Below are positions 8,081 to 16,355 of a stretch of 64,000 nucleotides of DNA, piece by piece. Every line of letters starts with the position of its first letter. Positions within the stretch are counted from its first letter, which is position 1. The stretch comes from an uncultured virus (IMG/VR IMGVR_UViG_3300045836_000189) (lineage: Duplodnaviria; Heunggongvirae; Uroviricota; Caudoviricetes), in the IMG/VR virus record IMGVR_UViG_3300045836_000189, positions 1 to 64,000 of that record. The stretch is one strand, 5' to 3'. A model generated the notes under the pieces. It was given only the letters and a program-made list of their open reading frames with translations. It was not told where the DNA came from and did no database searches. The position numbers were made by a program, and so were the translations under genes.

Positions 8081-8151
8081 GCCTTCTTCGTTCAATGGGA
8101 GGACTACGCACTTGTAATGCGTGTATGCTGGTTCGAGTCCGGCAGAAGGCT
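8081..8151 (+). tRNA. trnT: tRNA-Thr(TGT)
   Basis: ACGCA-CTTGTAA-TGCGT arm. Confidence 0.9.
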
Positions 8152-8206
8152 CCTTGATTATTTCCAGGACATGTTTTACTTTTACGCCCGTAAACCTAAC
8201 GGTCCC

Positions 8207-8656
8207 ATGAAAACGAAAATCATCCTGCTGATTTCCTTCCTGTTTATTTCCCTTAGCTCTTATTGCCAGCTTTCCAACCTTGTTGATCCAATCCGTAAGG
8301 ACGAAGCATTTTGCCGGGCCCTTATGAAAAATGAGAAGGCTACCTGGGAGGACTATGGTCAATCAGGAAAGACCGTACATTATTCCTATCCGGATTACCT
8401 GATCACATTTACCTTCATCAAGAACCGGTGCGTCAATGTGGGCATTGACTTCGTGGTGAACGAGGATATTGTGGACAAAACCATGTATCAGTGGCTTTAT
8501 GATAAAAACTATGAGTCAGCCTTTGGCGGAACTTTGTGGGGTAAGATGCTGCCACAGCCTGGAAGATCAGATGCTTCTTTTCCAGTAGCCGTACAAAAAC
8601 TGGACAGGTCCTCCTGGTGGCTTTATGACGTGCTGTACTATTCAGACAGTCACTAA
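8207..8656 (+). CDS. secreted/periplasmic protein (149 aa)
   Basis: True start MKTKIILLISFLFISLSSYCQ is a Bacteroidota-style signal peptide with Q at +1; the longer ORF call overlaps tRNAs. Confidence 0.65.
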   Translation: MKTKIILLISFLFISLSSYCQLSNLVDPIRKDEAFCRALMKNEKATWEDYGQSGKTVHYSYPDYLITFTFIKNRCVNVGIDFVVNEDIVDKTMYQWLYDKNYESAFGGTLWGKMLPQPGRSDASFPVAVQKLDRSSWWLYDVLYYSDSH

Positions 8657-9159
8657 TGGGGCTTAGGCAACTTCCCGGTTATAATAGCTTCAATGATACC
8701 CTGTTCCGTTTTGACCAGGTAGTCATACATGATCACATTGAGCTTATTGAGTTCCTTATTAGTCCTTTTTAATCCCTCGATCACCAGCTGCTGTTCTCCA
8801 ATACTTTGCCTCATCGTTATATAAGTCTGCAGGAATGCATATGCACTTACAGGCTGGAAATGCCCGTCCTTAGCCAGCCGCACCATCTCCTGGATCCAGG
8901 GGGTCTCATCATACGTCAACGGGTTCACCAGGTCTATCCGGAACACCAGGTTGAATTTCTCTATAAAAGTTTCACTGATTTTTTTTGTCCCACTCATGTA
9001 AGCTGCCAAGGTTGAAGCCGATACACCTACTTTTTTTGCTATGTCTGCATTATTGCGAGCCTTCTTTTTGCGGATCAGGAAATCAACAGCCTGAGTAAGA
9101 GCTTCATGGGAGTGTACCTTGAACAGCTGGTGGTACGTTTTCACTACTTTGTCTGTCAC
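8653..9159 (-). CDS. XRE/CI-like HTH transcriptional regulator
   Basis: NADIAKKVGVSASTLAAYMSGTKKIS HTH; C-terminal coiled coil; TATATTTG box on the minus strand at 9198-9205. Confidence 0.75.
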   Translation of the reverse strand: MTDKVVKTYHQLFKVHSHEALTQAVDFLIRKKKARNNADIAKKVGVSASTLAAYMSGTKKISETFIEKFNLVFRIDLVNPLTYDETPWIQEMVRLAKDGHFQPVSAYAFLQTYITMRQSIGEQQLVIEGLKRTNKELNKLNVIMYDYLVKTEQGIIEAIITGKLPKPH

Positions 9160-9415
9160 GGGTTACTTATTCTTTTGAGGTTTGATATAATTGTTACCAA
9201 ATATACCGCTCTCCAAAACCAGTTCTACAGCAATAACAAATCTTTTAATCTGCTTTTAACCCTACCTACTTAGTAAATAATTTACCAACCTCATTTTGTG
9301 TTCCCCATAACAATCTCTACAGCATACTTTTGCACTGCCTCGTGAAAACCAGTATTCCTATGGGACTTATAGACACTGTAGAATAAGTAGAGTTGCAACC
9401 TACCTAATTCTCTAA

Positions 9416-9462
9416 TAAATTTGTAGAGTTTAAACTTTATAAGTATATTATAGTGTAGGGAG
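9416..9462 (+). promoter_or_regulatory. conserved operon-start motif (TATATTATxxTGTAG), one of several copies
   Basis: Related copies at 7309, 19179, 26121, 34508, 40002 and 51471, all intergenic and upstream of rightward genes. Confidence 0.6.
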
Positions 9463-9482
9463 TCCCCCTAAAACCAACTAAC

Positions 9483-9920
9483 ATGACAAAACAATCCGTA
9501 CCCACTGAAGCTCCCTCAAGGGAGGATAAGATTACAGCTTTGAAAGAGCAGATCGAGCTAAAAGAATACCAGGTGAAACTGCAGGAGCTTAACACCAAGC
9601 TGGCTGTTTTCCGTGCAGATGAACTGGAAGCCTTTGCTAAAATTGCCCACTATTCCAAAAGTGCCCAGCCGGGACAGGGTGACGTGGTAGAACATACCGT
9701 CACAGAAGCAGACCTCCAGAACAACCCTGAGATGATCGAGATGGGCATCAAAGTGGGTGACAGGATAGGCATACCTACTGCAGCCTATGACGCTTTCTTA
9801 AATAAAGTTGACCAGACAGGTCAGGACCTCCAAAAAGAATACATCAGTGAAGAAGCCAAAGCCGAAGCCACTGAAAAAGTTGAGGCCACTGAGCGCAAGC
9901 TGAAGGTGGTCAAAGACTAA
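9483..9920 (+). CDS. hypothetical coiled-coil protein
   Basis: 145-aa ORF downstream of the motif. Confidence 0.75.
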   Translation: MTKQSVPTEAPSREDKITALKEQIELKEYQVKLQELNTKLAVFRADELEAFAKIAHYSKSAQPGQGDVVEHTVTEADLQNNPEMIEMGIKVGDRIGIPTAAYDAFLNKVDQTGQDLQKEYISEEAKAEATEKVEATERKLKVVKD

Positions 9921-10017
9921 AGAGCTTTCCCGGAGCCAGGGGGAAACAACCAACTGAGCATGTTTAAAGGAGTTAAGGATTAAACAGATACTTATCTCCT
10001 GGTTACCGGGAAAATAC

Positions 10018-10173
10018 TGTAGGGTGGTGAAATTGGCAGACACACCGGATTGTCTATCCGGCATTTGATACACAGTGCGTTCTTTAAAAGCTATCATCCA
10101 TTAATATGCATTTGTTGTTTTATTCCCTCTCCCTGTATCAAATATGCTGGTTCGAGTCCAGCCCCTACAGCCA
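10018..10173 (+). ncRNA. 156-nt tRNA-Asp(GTC)-like RNA with an 84-nt variable region
   Basis: Acceptor TGTAGGG/CCCTACA+G+CCA; CCGGA-TTGTCTA-TCCGG arm; 10-bp stem ATTTGATACA/TGTATCAAAT; T arm GCTGG-TTCGAGT-CCAGC. Confidence 0.8.
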
Positions 10174-10227
10174 AAGCGGATCAAACGTGTAGTAACCGCA
10201 GGAGTCCGGACTCCACTACACTCAAAT

Positions 10228-10299
10228 AGCGGGGTAGAGCAGCGGTAGCTCGTGGGTCTCATAATCCCAAGGTCGTGAGTTCGAATCTCACCCCCGCTA
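10228..10299 (+). tRNA. tRNA-Met(CAT), initiator-like
   Basis: AGCGGGG/CCCCGCT acceptor; TGGGT-CTCATAA-TCCCA arm. Confidence 0.85.
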
Positions 10300-10324
10300 C
10301 ACCAAACCAAGAACCAATGACGTA

Positions 10325-10687
10325 ATGGCCACTGTAAACCAAGTTGAGAAACGTGTGAAAATGAATACGTGGGAGATCATAAAATACCAGATCCTGACCC
10401 ACTGTTACTTAAATAAGATCCAGGTGAGTGATGCCGACCTGGAATGCCTGACCCTTCTGAGCGTGCTGGGAGAACAAGAGCTGACTACTTTCTGCACAGA
10501 AGTACACAACAGGAAGATCTTCCGGTCTCCCCAGACCGTGAGGAACGCTTTAAGTAAAGCAGAGAAGAAACATCTCATCGTAAAAGAGGGCCGTACCAAG
10601 AAACGGATCCATATCAACCCCCGTATCAGCGTGCAGACCGCAGGTAACATTATGTTGGACTATAAATTCCTGGCCCTTGCGTCCTAA
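10325..10687 (+). CDS. winged-HTH domain protein
   Basis: SPQTVRNALSKAEKKHLIVK wHTH-like pattern. Confidence 0.55.
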   Translation: MATVNQVEKRVKMNTWEIIKYQILTHCYLNKIQVSDADLECLTLLSVLGEQELTTFCTEVHNRKIFRSPQTVRNALSKAEKKHLIVKEGRTKKRIHINPRISVQTAGNIMLDYKFLALAS

Positions 10688-11084
10688 GAAAGCTAAAGAG
10701 CTGCTGCCCCAGGTGGCGGAGGAACTGGGTCTCCCGGTCAAGATGGTGGAAGATATTCACAACCATTACTGGCGGGAAGTATGGGAGCAACTGACCTCCC
10801 CCAGGAGTATCAAGGTCCATGTAACCAACCTGGGTGATTTCAATACCAAGCACTGGTTGCTTGATAAAGAGATCCGCAAGCTGGAAGCATTCGGAGACCA
10901 TACGAAACTCAAAGGGAACCAACGCTTTGCAGCGGGCATCCGGGTGAGTGAGAAACTTCAGATCCTCTACATGCTTAAAGAGATGGTGGAGGATGAGAAC
11001 CAGAGAAGAGAATTTATATACGAGCACAAGAGAGTCACCCATGAAGCTAAAGAAGAAGAACCTGATACAGATCTGGAAGAGTAA
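10677..11084 (+). CDS. HU/IHF-like DNA-binding protein
   Basis: ELLPQVAEELGL...VHVTNLGDF matches the HU/IHF fold pattern. Confidence 0.55.
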   Translation: MRPKKAKELLPQVAEELGLPVKMVEDIHNHYWREVWEQLTSPRSIKVHVTNLGDFNTKHWLLDKEIRKLEAFGDHTKLKGNQRFAAGIRVSEKLQILYMLKEMVEDENQRREFIYEHKRVTHEAKEEEPDTDLEE

Positions 11085-11397
11085 AGGCCAGATCCTGGAA
11101 GGCATCCGAAACTCTGTATTTAAGAATGAAGATGTGGAGGAGGTAGCCAGGCACCGGATGATCATCTGCAAATCCTGTCCCTTGTTTGACGAAAAGGGCG
11201 AAGGATGTATGGTACCGGGAACGCAGCCCTGCTGTAACGAACAGAAAGGTGGTTGCGGATGCTCTTTGAACTGGAAGACCAAGTCACTTTCCAGTGAGTG
11301 CCCCAAAGGACTCTGGAAGGCCCTGCTCACCCTGCAGGAAGAAGACTTACTCCAAGCATCCCTGAACCATGAAGCAAAAGATCGTAACAACCAATGA
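11041..11397 (+). CDS. Cys-rich zinc-binding protein
   Basis: CKSC, PCC, CGC and ECP motifs; likely start MKLKKKN at 11041. Confidence 0.65.
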   Translation: MKLKKKNLIQIWKSKGQILEGIRNSVFKNEDVEEVARHRMIICKSCPLFDEKGEGCMVPGTQPCCNEQKGGCGCSLNWKTKSLSSECPKGLWKALLTLQEEDLLQASLNHEAKDRNNQ

Positions 11398-11710
11398 AGA
11401 TATTCAGCTGTCAATTGTCCACCCCGTGTTTAAAACACTCCGGGTAAAGATGAAAGACGAAGAGGGCAACATCCAGTATGCAGAGAAGGAGAAGCTTGTC
11501 AAGCAGCTGGCCGTAAGGAAATGGTTCAAGAAAGACGGGCTGACCTCTGTAGAGCAGTATGTGACCACCAACAACCGGATCGCCAAGAACCGCAGTGTGG
11601 TTTACGACAGATACAGCAACCGCTATTTTGCAACCTTCCACAGTCCTGATGAACTCTGGGGGTATATCAACGAAAAGAAACAGAAACCAATAGGATTTAC
11701 AAGAGCATGA
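11369..11710 (+). CDS. hypothetical protein
   Basis: 113-aa ORF overlapping its neighbours. Confidence 0.65.
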   Translation: MKQKIVTTNEDIQLSIVHPVFKTLRVKMKDEEGNIQYAEKEKLVKQLAVRKWFKKDGLTSVEQYVTTNNRIAKNRSVVYDRYSNRYFATFHSPDELWGYINEKKQKPIGFTRA

Positions 11711-12558
11711 GCATCATATTCCGACCCGAAAACCACGAATACATCAGCCTGGATCCGGCTGAACACATTGACTGGATCTCTGTCACCAGCTTCATTGGCA
11801 ACTTCAAGTCGCCCTTTGATGCCAAGGGGCAGGCAGCCAAGAGTGCCAGGAACAAAAAGTCCAAGTGGTATGGACTGACACAGGAAGAGATCCTCCAGGC
11901 GTGGAGCAACGAAAGCAAAAGAGCTACCGACCTGGGAACCTGGTACCACGATCAAAGGGAGCAGGACATCTGTGAGTTTGAGCATATGGAAAGGGAGGGC
12001 ATTACAGTACCTGTATTTAAACCAGTCTACGAGAATGGTGTCAAATACGCCCCCGAACAGAAGCTTGAGAACGGGATCTACCCGGAACACCTGGTCTATT
12101 TGAAGTCCATGGGACTGATCGGGCAGAGTGACCTGGTAGAAGTGATTGACGGAAAAGTGAACATCACAGACTACAAGACCAATAAAGAGATCAAAGAGAA
12201 GGGATACACTTCCTGGGATGGAGTGGTTTCCAAGATGCAGGCACCGGTTAATCACCTGGATGACTGCAACTTAAATCACTACACCCTGCAGCTGAGTATC
12301 TACATGTACATGATCCTGAAGCATAACCCGAAGCTGAAAGCAGGTAAGCTGATCCTGCATCATATCCTCTTTGAGGAAGTGGGACGTGATAAATTTGATA
12401 ACCCTATTGCCGCTCGTGACGTAAACGGGGATCCAATAGTCAAAGAGATCGTGCAGTACGAGATTCCTTATCTCAAACATGAGGTGATCTCCCTGATGAA
12501 CTGGTTAAAAGAAAACAGACATAAAATAAAATCAAAAAAGAAAGAAGCAGTATGCTAA
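11707..12558 (+). CDS. PD-(D/E)XK exonuclease (Cas4/RecB-like)
   Basis: SVTS, GTWYH, PE, GQSDL, ITDYKT and YxxQLSIY motifs. Confidence 0.85.
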   Translation: MSIIFRPENHEYISLDPAEHIDWISVTSFIGNFKSPFDAKGQAAKSARNKKSKWYGLTQEEILQAWSNESKRATDLGTWYHDQREQDICEFEHMEREGITVPVFKPVYENGVKYAPEQKLENGIYPEHLVYLKSMGLIGQSDLVEVIDGKVNITDYKTNKEIKEKGYTSWDGVVSKMQAPVNHLDDCNLNHYTLQLSIYMYMILKHNPKLKAGKLILHHILFEEVGRDKFDNPIAARDVNGDPIVKEIVQYEIPYLKHEVISLMNWLKENRHKIKSKKKEAVC

Positions 12559-12773
12559 ACACAAGTACCACCAATGAGAACTACAATTCTGTTGCTTACG
12601 AACTAACTGCAGAAGAACCACAATCTGTCCTGGATATTCAGGGACCCAATGGAAGCATCTTCCGAATTGATGACAATGGAGACATCTACGTCCGTGGAAA
12701 ACTCACTACCAATGATATGGAAGTGGTTGACGGGTTCAAGGATTTCCTCCGAGAAGTTAATGAAGCAGAATAA
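12552..12773 (+). CDS. hypothetical protein
   Basis: 73-aa coupled ORF. Confidence 0.55.
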   Translation: MLNTSTTNENYNSVAYELTAEEPQSVLDIQGPNGSIFRIDDNGDIYVRGKLTTNDMEVVDGFKDFLREVNEAE

Positions 12774-12776
12774 TCC

Positions 12777-13049
12777 ATGACTATGAAAGCCCTTATAGAA
12801 AATATAAAGAAGCGTTATATACAAAGATCAATCATTCGTATGGCAGACAAACATTTTTGGACTGCCTATGAATATGAGAAAGAAATTGCTTATTATAATT
12901 CTGTAGGGGCTTATCATTTACTACGTGATGAGCTCCTGAGAAGGTATTATTTCCACTGCAGGTACAACAACCGCCTGATCAACTTAGCCAGCAAATATGG
13001 GAATCAAAGAATGGTTCAAAAGAAAACCAGAGATTTCAGCACCAACTGA
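12777..13049 (+). CDS. hypothetical protein
   Basis: 90-aa ORF. Confidence 0.55.
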   Translation: MTMKALIENIKKRYIQRSIIRMADKHFWTAYEYEKEIAYYNSVGAYHLLRDELLRRYYFHCRYNNRLINLASKYGNQRMVQKKTRDFSTN

Positions 13050-13347
13050 TTTATTGGAAGACCGCTCCTACATGGAGCTGGATCAGGTGAGGATAGCCCT
13101 GTGGATCGCTCTTTGCAAATGTTTCAATCCCAGATTGGTCTGGAGAACAACTCAGGACCATGATGGATCTATTAGCCCAGGGTGGTTCATCCTGGGCTAT
13201 AAATTTCACCCGGACCGGCAGATCCGGTTCTTTGTTCCCATTGAAGACTGGGACAAGACAAATTATGCCACTACCCGCAAGCGGGCACCTAAACACAATG
13301 GTCTCACTCCTGCTGATAATATTCAGCGGATCCGTAACCTAAGCTAA
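12997..13347 (+). CDS. hypothetical protein, degenerate WDGH-domain-like
   Basis: W..HDG..GWFILG..QI...WD..RAP pattern recalled from phage proteins. Confidence 0.45.
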   Translation: MGIKEWFKRKPEISAPTDLLEDRSYMELDQVRIALWIALCKCFNPRLVWRTTQDHDGSISPGWFILGYKFHPDRQIRFFVPIEDWDKTNYATTRKRAPKHNGLTPADNIQRIRNLS

Positions 13348-13349
13348 CC

Positions 13350-13550
13350 ATGATGATCGTAGAAGAAGCTTTTGAGATTGGAGGTTTTGTCTATCTCAAA
13401 ACAGATCCCGAACAGTTAATCAGAGTTGTCACCGGTATCACCATCCGTCCTGGTGGCCTCTTAGAGTACAAAGTATCCAACGCAGATAACGAGACCACCC
13501 ACTACGAGATTGAGCTCTCACTGGAGCCCAACATCCTTGCCAAGTGCTAA
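13350..13550 (+). CDS. small SH3-like hypothetical protein
   Basis: FEIGGFVYLKTDPEQ pattern. Confidence 0.55.
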   Translation: MMIVEEAFEIGGFVYLKTDPEQLIRVVTGITIRPGGLLEYKVSNADNETTHYEIELSLEPNILAKC

Positions 13551-13563
13551 CCATAGACTATAC

Positions 13564-14076
13564 ATGATCAGACTATTTGATGTACAGAACGGGAAAGTCA
13601 TCCCCACTGAACACTGTTACACCCTATACTTTTTACGAAACATTATGAACGAATACCCGGAGGATTATCTCTCCATCTACCAGTATTTGTTCTATATGAC
13701 CTGTCCCAACCCGGAGCTGAATCCCTTCTTTCATACCCCGGAATCAGATAAGGAGGAGCTCATCCTCCAGGAGGTGGGAGCAGAATTTTCCACGGAAGAC
13801 GAAACCATACAGCACGCCCTGGAAGTCACTGCCAAACTATACGAGACAGAGACCTCCCGTGCCTACTATGCCATGAAGAAAGCCCTGGATAATATGTCCA
13901 GAGTGCTGGCCACAGAAGTACCTACGTTTGGACGTGATGGTTCTGCAACAGATTTGCTTCGCATCATGGAAAAGTTTGATGCGGTCCGCCAGTCATTTAA
14001 GGGTGTATACAAGGATCTGCAGGAAGAACAGCAGACCAATGTCAGGGGGGGACAACGACTATCCTATGACAGTTGA
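13564..14076 (+). CDS. putative terminase small subunit / conserved crAss-like protein
   Basis: Helical 170-aa ORF (start MIRLFD) immediately upstream of TerL. Confidence 0.5.
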   Translation: MIRLFDVQNGKVIPTEHCYTLYFLRNIMNEYPEDYLSIYQYLFYMTCPNPELNPFFHTPESDKEELILQEVGAEFSTEDETIQHALEVTAKLYETETSRAYYAMKKALDNMSRVLATEVPTFGRDGSATDLLRIMEKFDAVRQSFKGVYKDLQEEQQTNVRGGQRLSYDS

Positions 14077-14099
14077 TACACCAAAGACCCTAACCCTTA

Positions 14100-16331
14100 A
14101 TGACACCAAACCCAACAACCACCACACCCTACATTACTGTACCTGTTTACGACAATGACGTTAAGATCTGGACCTCAAGAGACTTTCAAACAAGAGAAGA
14201 CTATACGGCCTTCGTTAAGAGCGTCTTTAAAGAACCTGGCCTCTATGAGTTTGATGAGACCTCTTTCCTCTTTAATGAGCAGGCCCGCTATTTTGAACAG
14301 CACGGGGTCTACCCAGGCAACCTCTCTCCCTTCAGAAGCAAGGACTTCATCAAGTACTGGGACGATCAGAAAGACAAGTGCAGAAAGGGCGTTATTTATC
14401 AGCATGGAGGAAAGACCTGGTACCTGACCAGGGACTACTACATGTGGCTGAACTTTCTTCCCATCTATGACAAGGAAGAAAAGAAGTTCGGCTTTGCCAA
14501 GGTCCGGGATGCACAGTACCACATGGCTCTTTACGAGCTGCTGGCGGAGCTGCACTACAAGCATTCCTGCATCCTTAAGAAACGTCAGATTGCCTCCTCT
14601 TATTTCCACATTGCCAAACTCCTCAACCAGTACTGGTTTGAGCAGGGTGCCGTCATGAAACTGGGTGCCAGCCTCAAAGATTATATCAATGAGAAGGGCT
14701 CCTGGAAGTTTCTGGACGAGTACCGTAACTTCCTCAACGAACATACGGCCTGGTACCGCCCTAATGAGCCCGACAAGGTCTTATCATGGCAACAACGTAT
14801 CAAAGTAAGGATCGGAGGCCGCGATACCTACAAGGGCTTAAAAAGCGTGTTTACGGGCATGTCCTTTGAGAAGGATGCCACTAATGGTGTAGGTGGTCCG
14901 GTAACCTACTTCTTCCATGAGGAAGCGGGTATCGCACCCAAGATGGACGAGACCTACGGGTATATGCGTCCTGCCATGAAATCCGGTATGATTACTACCG
15001 GTATGTTCATAGCGGCAGGCTCCGTGGGTGATCTGGACCAGTGCGGTCCCTTGAAAAAATACATCCTGAACCCGGATGCCAACGATTTCTATTCAGTAGA
15101 GACTGACCTACTGGATGATAAGGGCACGCTGGGCCGATCCGGGCTCTTTATTCCGGAGCAGTGGAGTATGCCTCCTTACATAGATGAATTTGGCAACAGC
15201 CTCGTTAAAGAGGCCCTGGATGCCCTGGATGCTTACTTTGCCCAATGCAAGCGTGATCTTGATCCTGCAGCCTACCAGCTGGAGCTCTCCCAGCACCCCC
15301 GCAACATTGCAGAAGCCTTTGCCTCCCGTAAGGAAGCCCTCTTCCCCATACACCTGGTGAGCCAGCAGCTCAGAAGGATCGAGGAGAAGCAATACCCCTG
15401 TGAATACCTGGAGCTCTTTGAAACAGAGGGCGGGAAGATAGATGCCAGGGCTTCCCGAAAGATCCCCATCATGGAGTTCCCGATCTCTAAAAAGACGGAA
15501 GACAAAGAAGGCGTGATCTGTGTGTGGGAACGTCCCATGCAGAATGCTCCCTGGGGAACGTACTATGCTTCTGTGGATCCAGTGGGAGAAGGAAAGACCA
15601 CAACCTCCGAGTCTCTCTGCTCCATCATCGTTTACAAGAATGCTATTGAAGTCACTAAAGATGAAGGCAACGGAAAAGTCTCCACCTACGTGGAAGGAGA
15701 TAAAATAGTAGCCACCTGGTGCGGAAGGTTTGATGACTTAAAGAAAACCCATGAAAGATTGGAGTACATCATCCGCTGGTACAATGCCTGGACCCTGGTG
15801 GAGAACAACGTCTCCCTGTTCATCCAGTACATGATCTCCAAGCGTATGCAACGCTTCCTGGTGCCCAAGGATCAGATCCTGTTCTTAAAGGAACTGGGTT
15901 CCAACATGAACGTATACGCGGACTATGGCTGGAAGAATACTGGTACCATGTTCAAGAACCACCTGCTCTCTTATGGCATCCAGTTCATGGAAGAGGAGCT
16001 GGATCATGAATTTGACGAGAATGGAAAGATCCTGAGCACTGTCCGTGGTGTGGAAAGGATCCCTGATCCCATGATCCTCACGGAGGCCGGAGCCTACCAT
16101 CACGGCCTCAACGTGGACCGCCTGGTATCCTACTGTTCCCTGGTAGCTTTTGTTCATATACAGCGGGCCAGCCGTGGTATGCAAAAACGTGTAGAAGTGA
16201 CCCAGGATAAATTGGAGAATTCCTCTAAAATGAGTAAATTAAATATGAGCCCCTTCCGTCACATTGGAGGCTCTACCTCTACAAACAACAGCAGCTTTTT
16301 CAAGAGAAATCCCTTCAAGAATCTCCGCTAA
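14100..16331 (+). CDS. terL: terminase large subunit
   Basis: Walker A-like LKKRQIASS, Walker B FFHEEAG, RNase H-type YASVDP nuclease, LVENN; followed by the portal. Confidence 0.92.
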   Translation: MTPNPTTTTPYITVPVYDNDVKIWTSRDFQTREDYTAFVKSVFKEPGLYEFDETSFLFNEQARYFEQHGVYPGNLSPFRSKDFIKYWDDQKDKCRKGVIYQHGGKTWYLTRDYYMWLNFLPIYDKEEKKFGFAKVRDAQYHMALYELLAELHYKHSCILKKRQIASSYFHIAKLLNQYWFEQGAVMKLGASLKDYINEKGSWKFLDEYRNFLNEHTAWYRPNEPDKVLSWQQRIKVRIGGRDTYKGLKSVFTGMSFEKDATNGVGGPVTYFFHEEAGIAPKMDETYGYMRPAMKSGMITTGMFIAAGSVGDLDQCGPLKKYILNPDANDFYSVETDLLDDKGTLGRSGLFIPEQWSMPPYIDEFGNSLVKEALDALDAYFAQCKRDLDPAAYQLELSQHPRNIAEAFASRKEALFPIHLVSQQLRRIEEKQYPCEYLELFETEGGKIDARASRKIPIMEFPISKKTEDKEGVICVWERPMQNAPWGTYYASVDPVGEGKTTTSESLCSIIVYKNAIEVTKDEGNGKVSTYVEGDKIVATWCGRFDDLKKTHERLEYIIRWYNAWTLVENNVSLFIQYMISKRMQRFLVPKDQILFLKELGSNMNVYADYGWKNTGTMFKNHLLSYGIQFMEEELDHEFDENGKILSTVRGVERIPDPMILTEAGAYHHGLNVDRLVSYCSLVAFVHIQRASRGMQKRVEVTQDKLENSSKMSKLNMSPFRHIGGSTSTNNSSFFKRNPFKNLR

Positions 16332-16355
16332 GAAGCCACCCTATAGAAACGAACC

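Noticed and set aside
7522..8206. ORFs 7522-7773, 7692-7940, 7957-8157 and the N-terminal extension of 8018-8656
   Set aside because: They overlap well-formed tRNA genes and are spurious translations
10018..10173. tmRNA or group I intron-containing tRNA
   Set aside because: It has full D and anticodon arms and no G3-U70 alanine identity; the insert is too short for a group I intron and lies in the variable arm
9798..10310. Minus-strand ORFs 9798-10097 and 10101-10310
   Set aside because: Antisense to a CDS and to tRNA/tRNA-like genes
11707..12558. CRISPR-Cas locus suggested by the Cas4-like nuclease
   Set aside because: No repeat-spacer array or other cas genes; solo PD-(D/E)XK nucleases are common in phages
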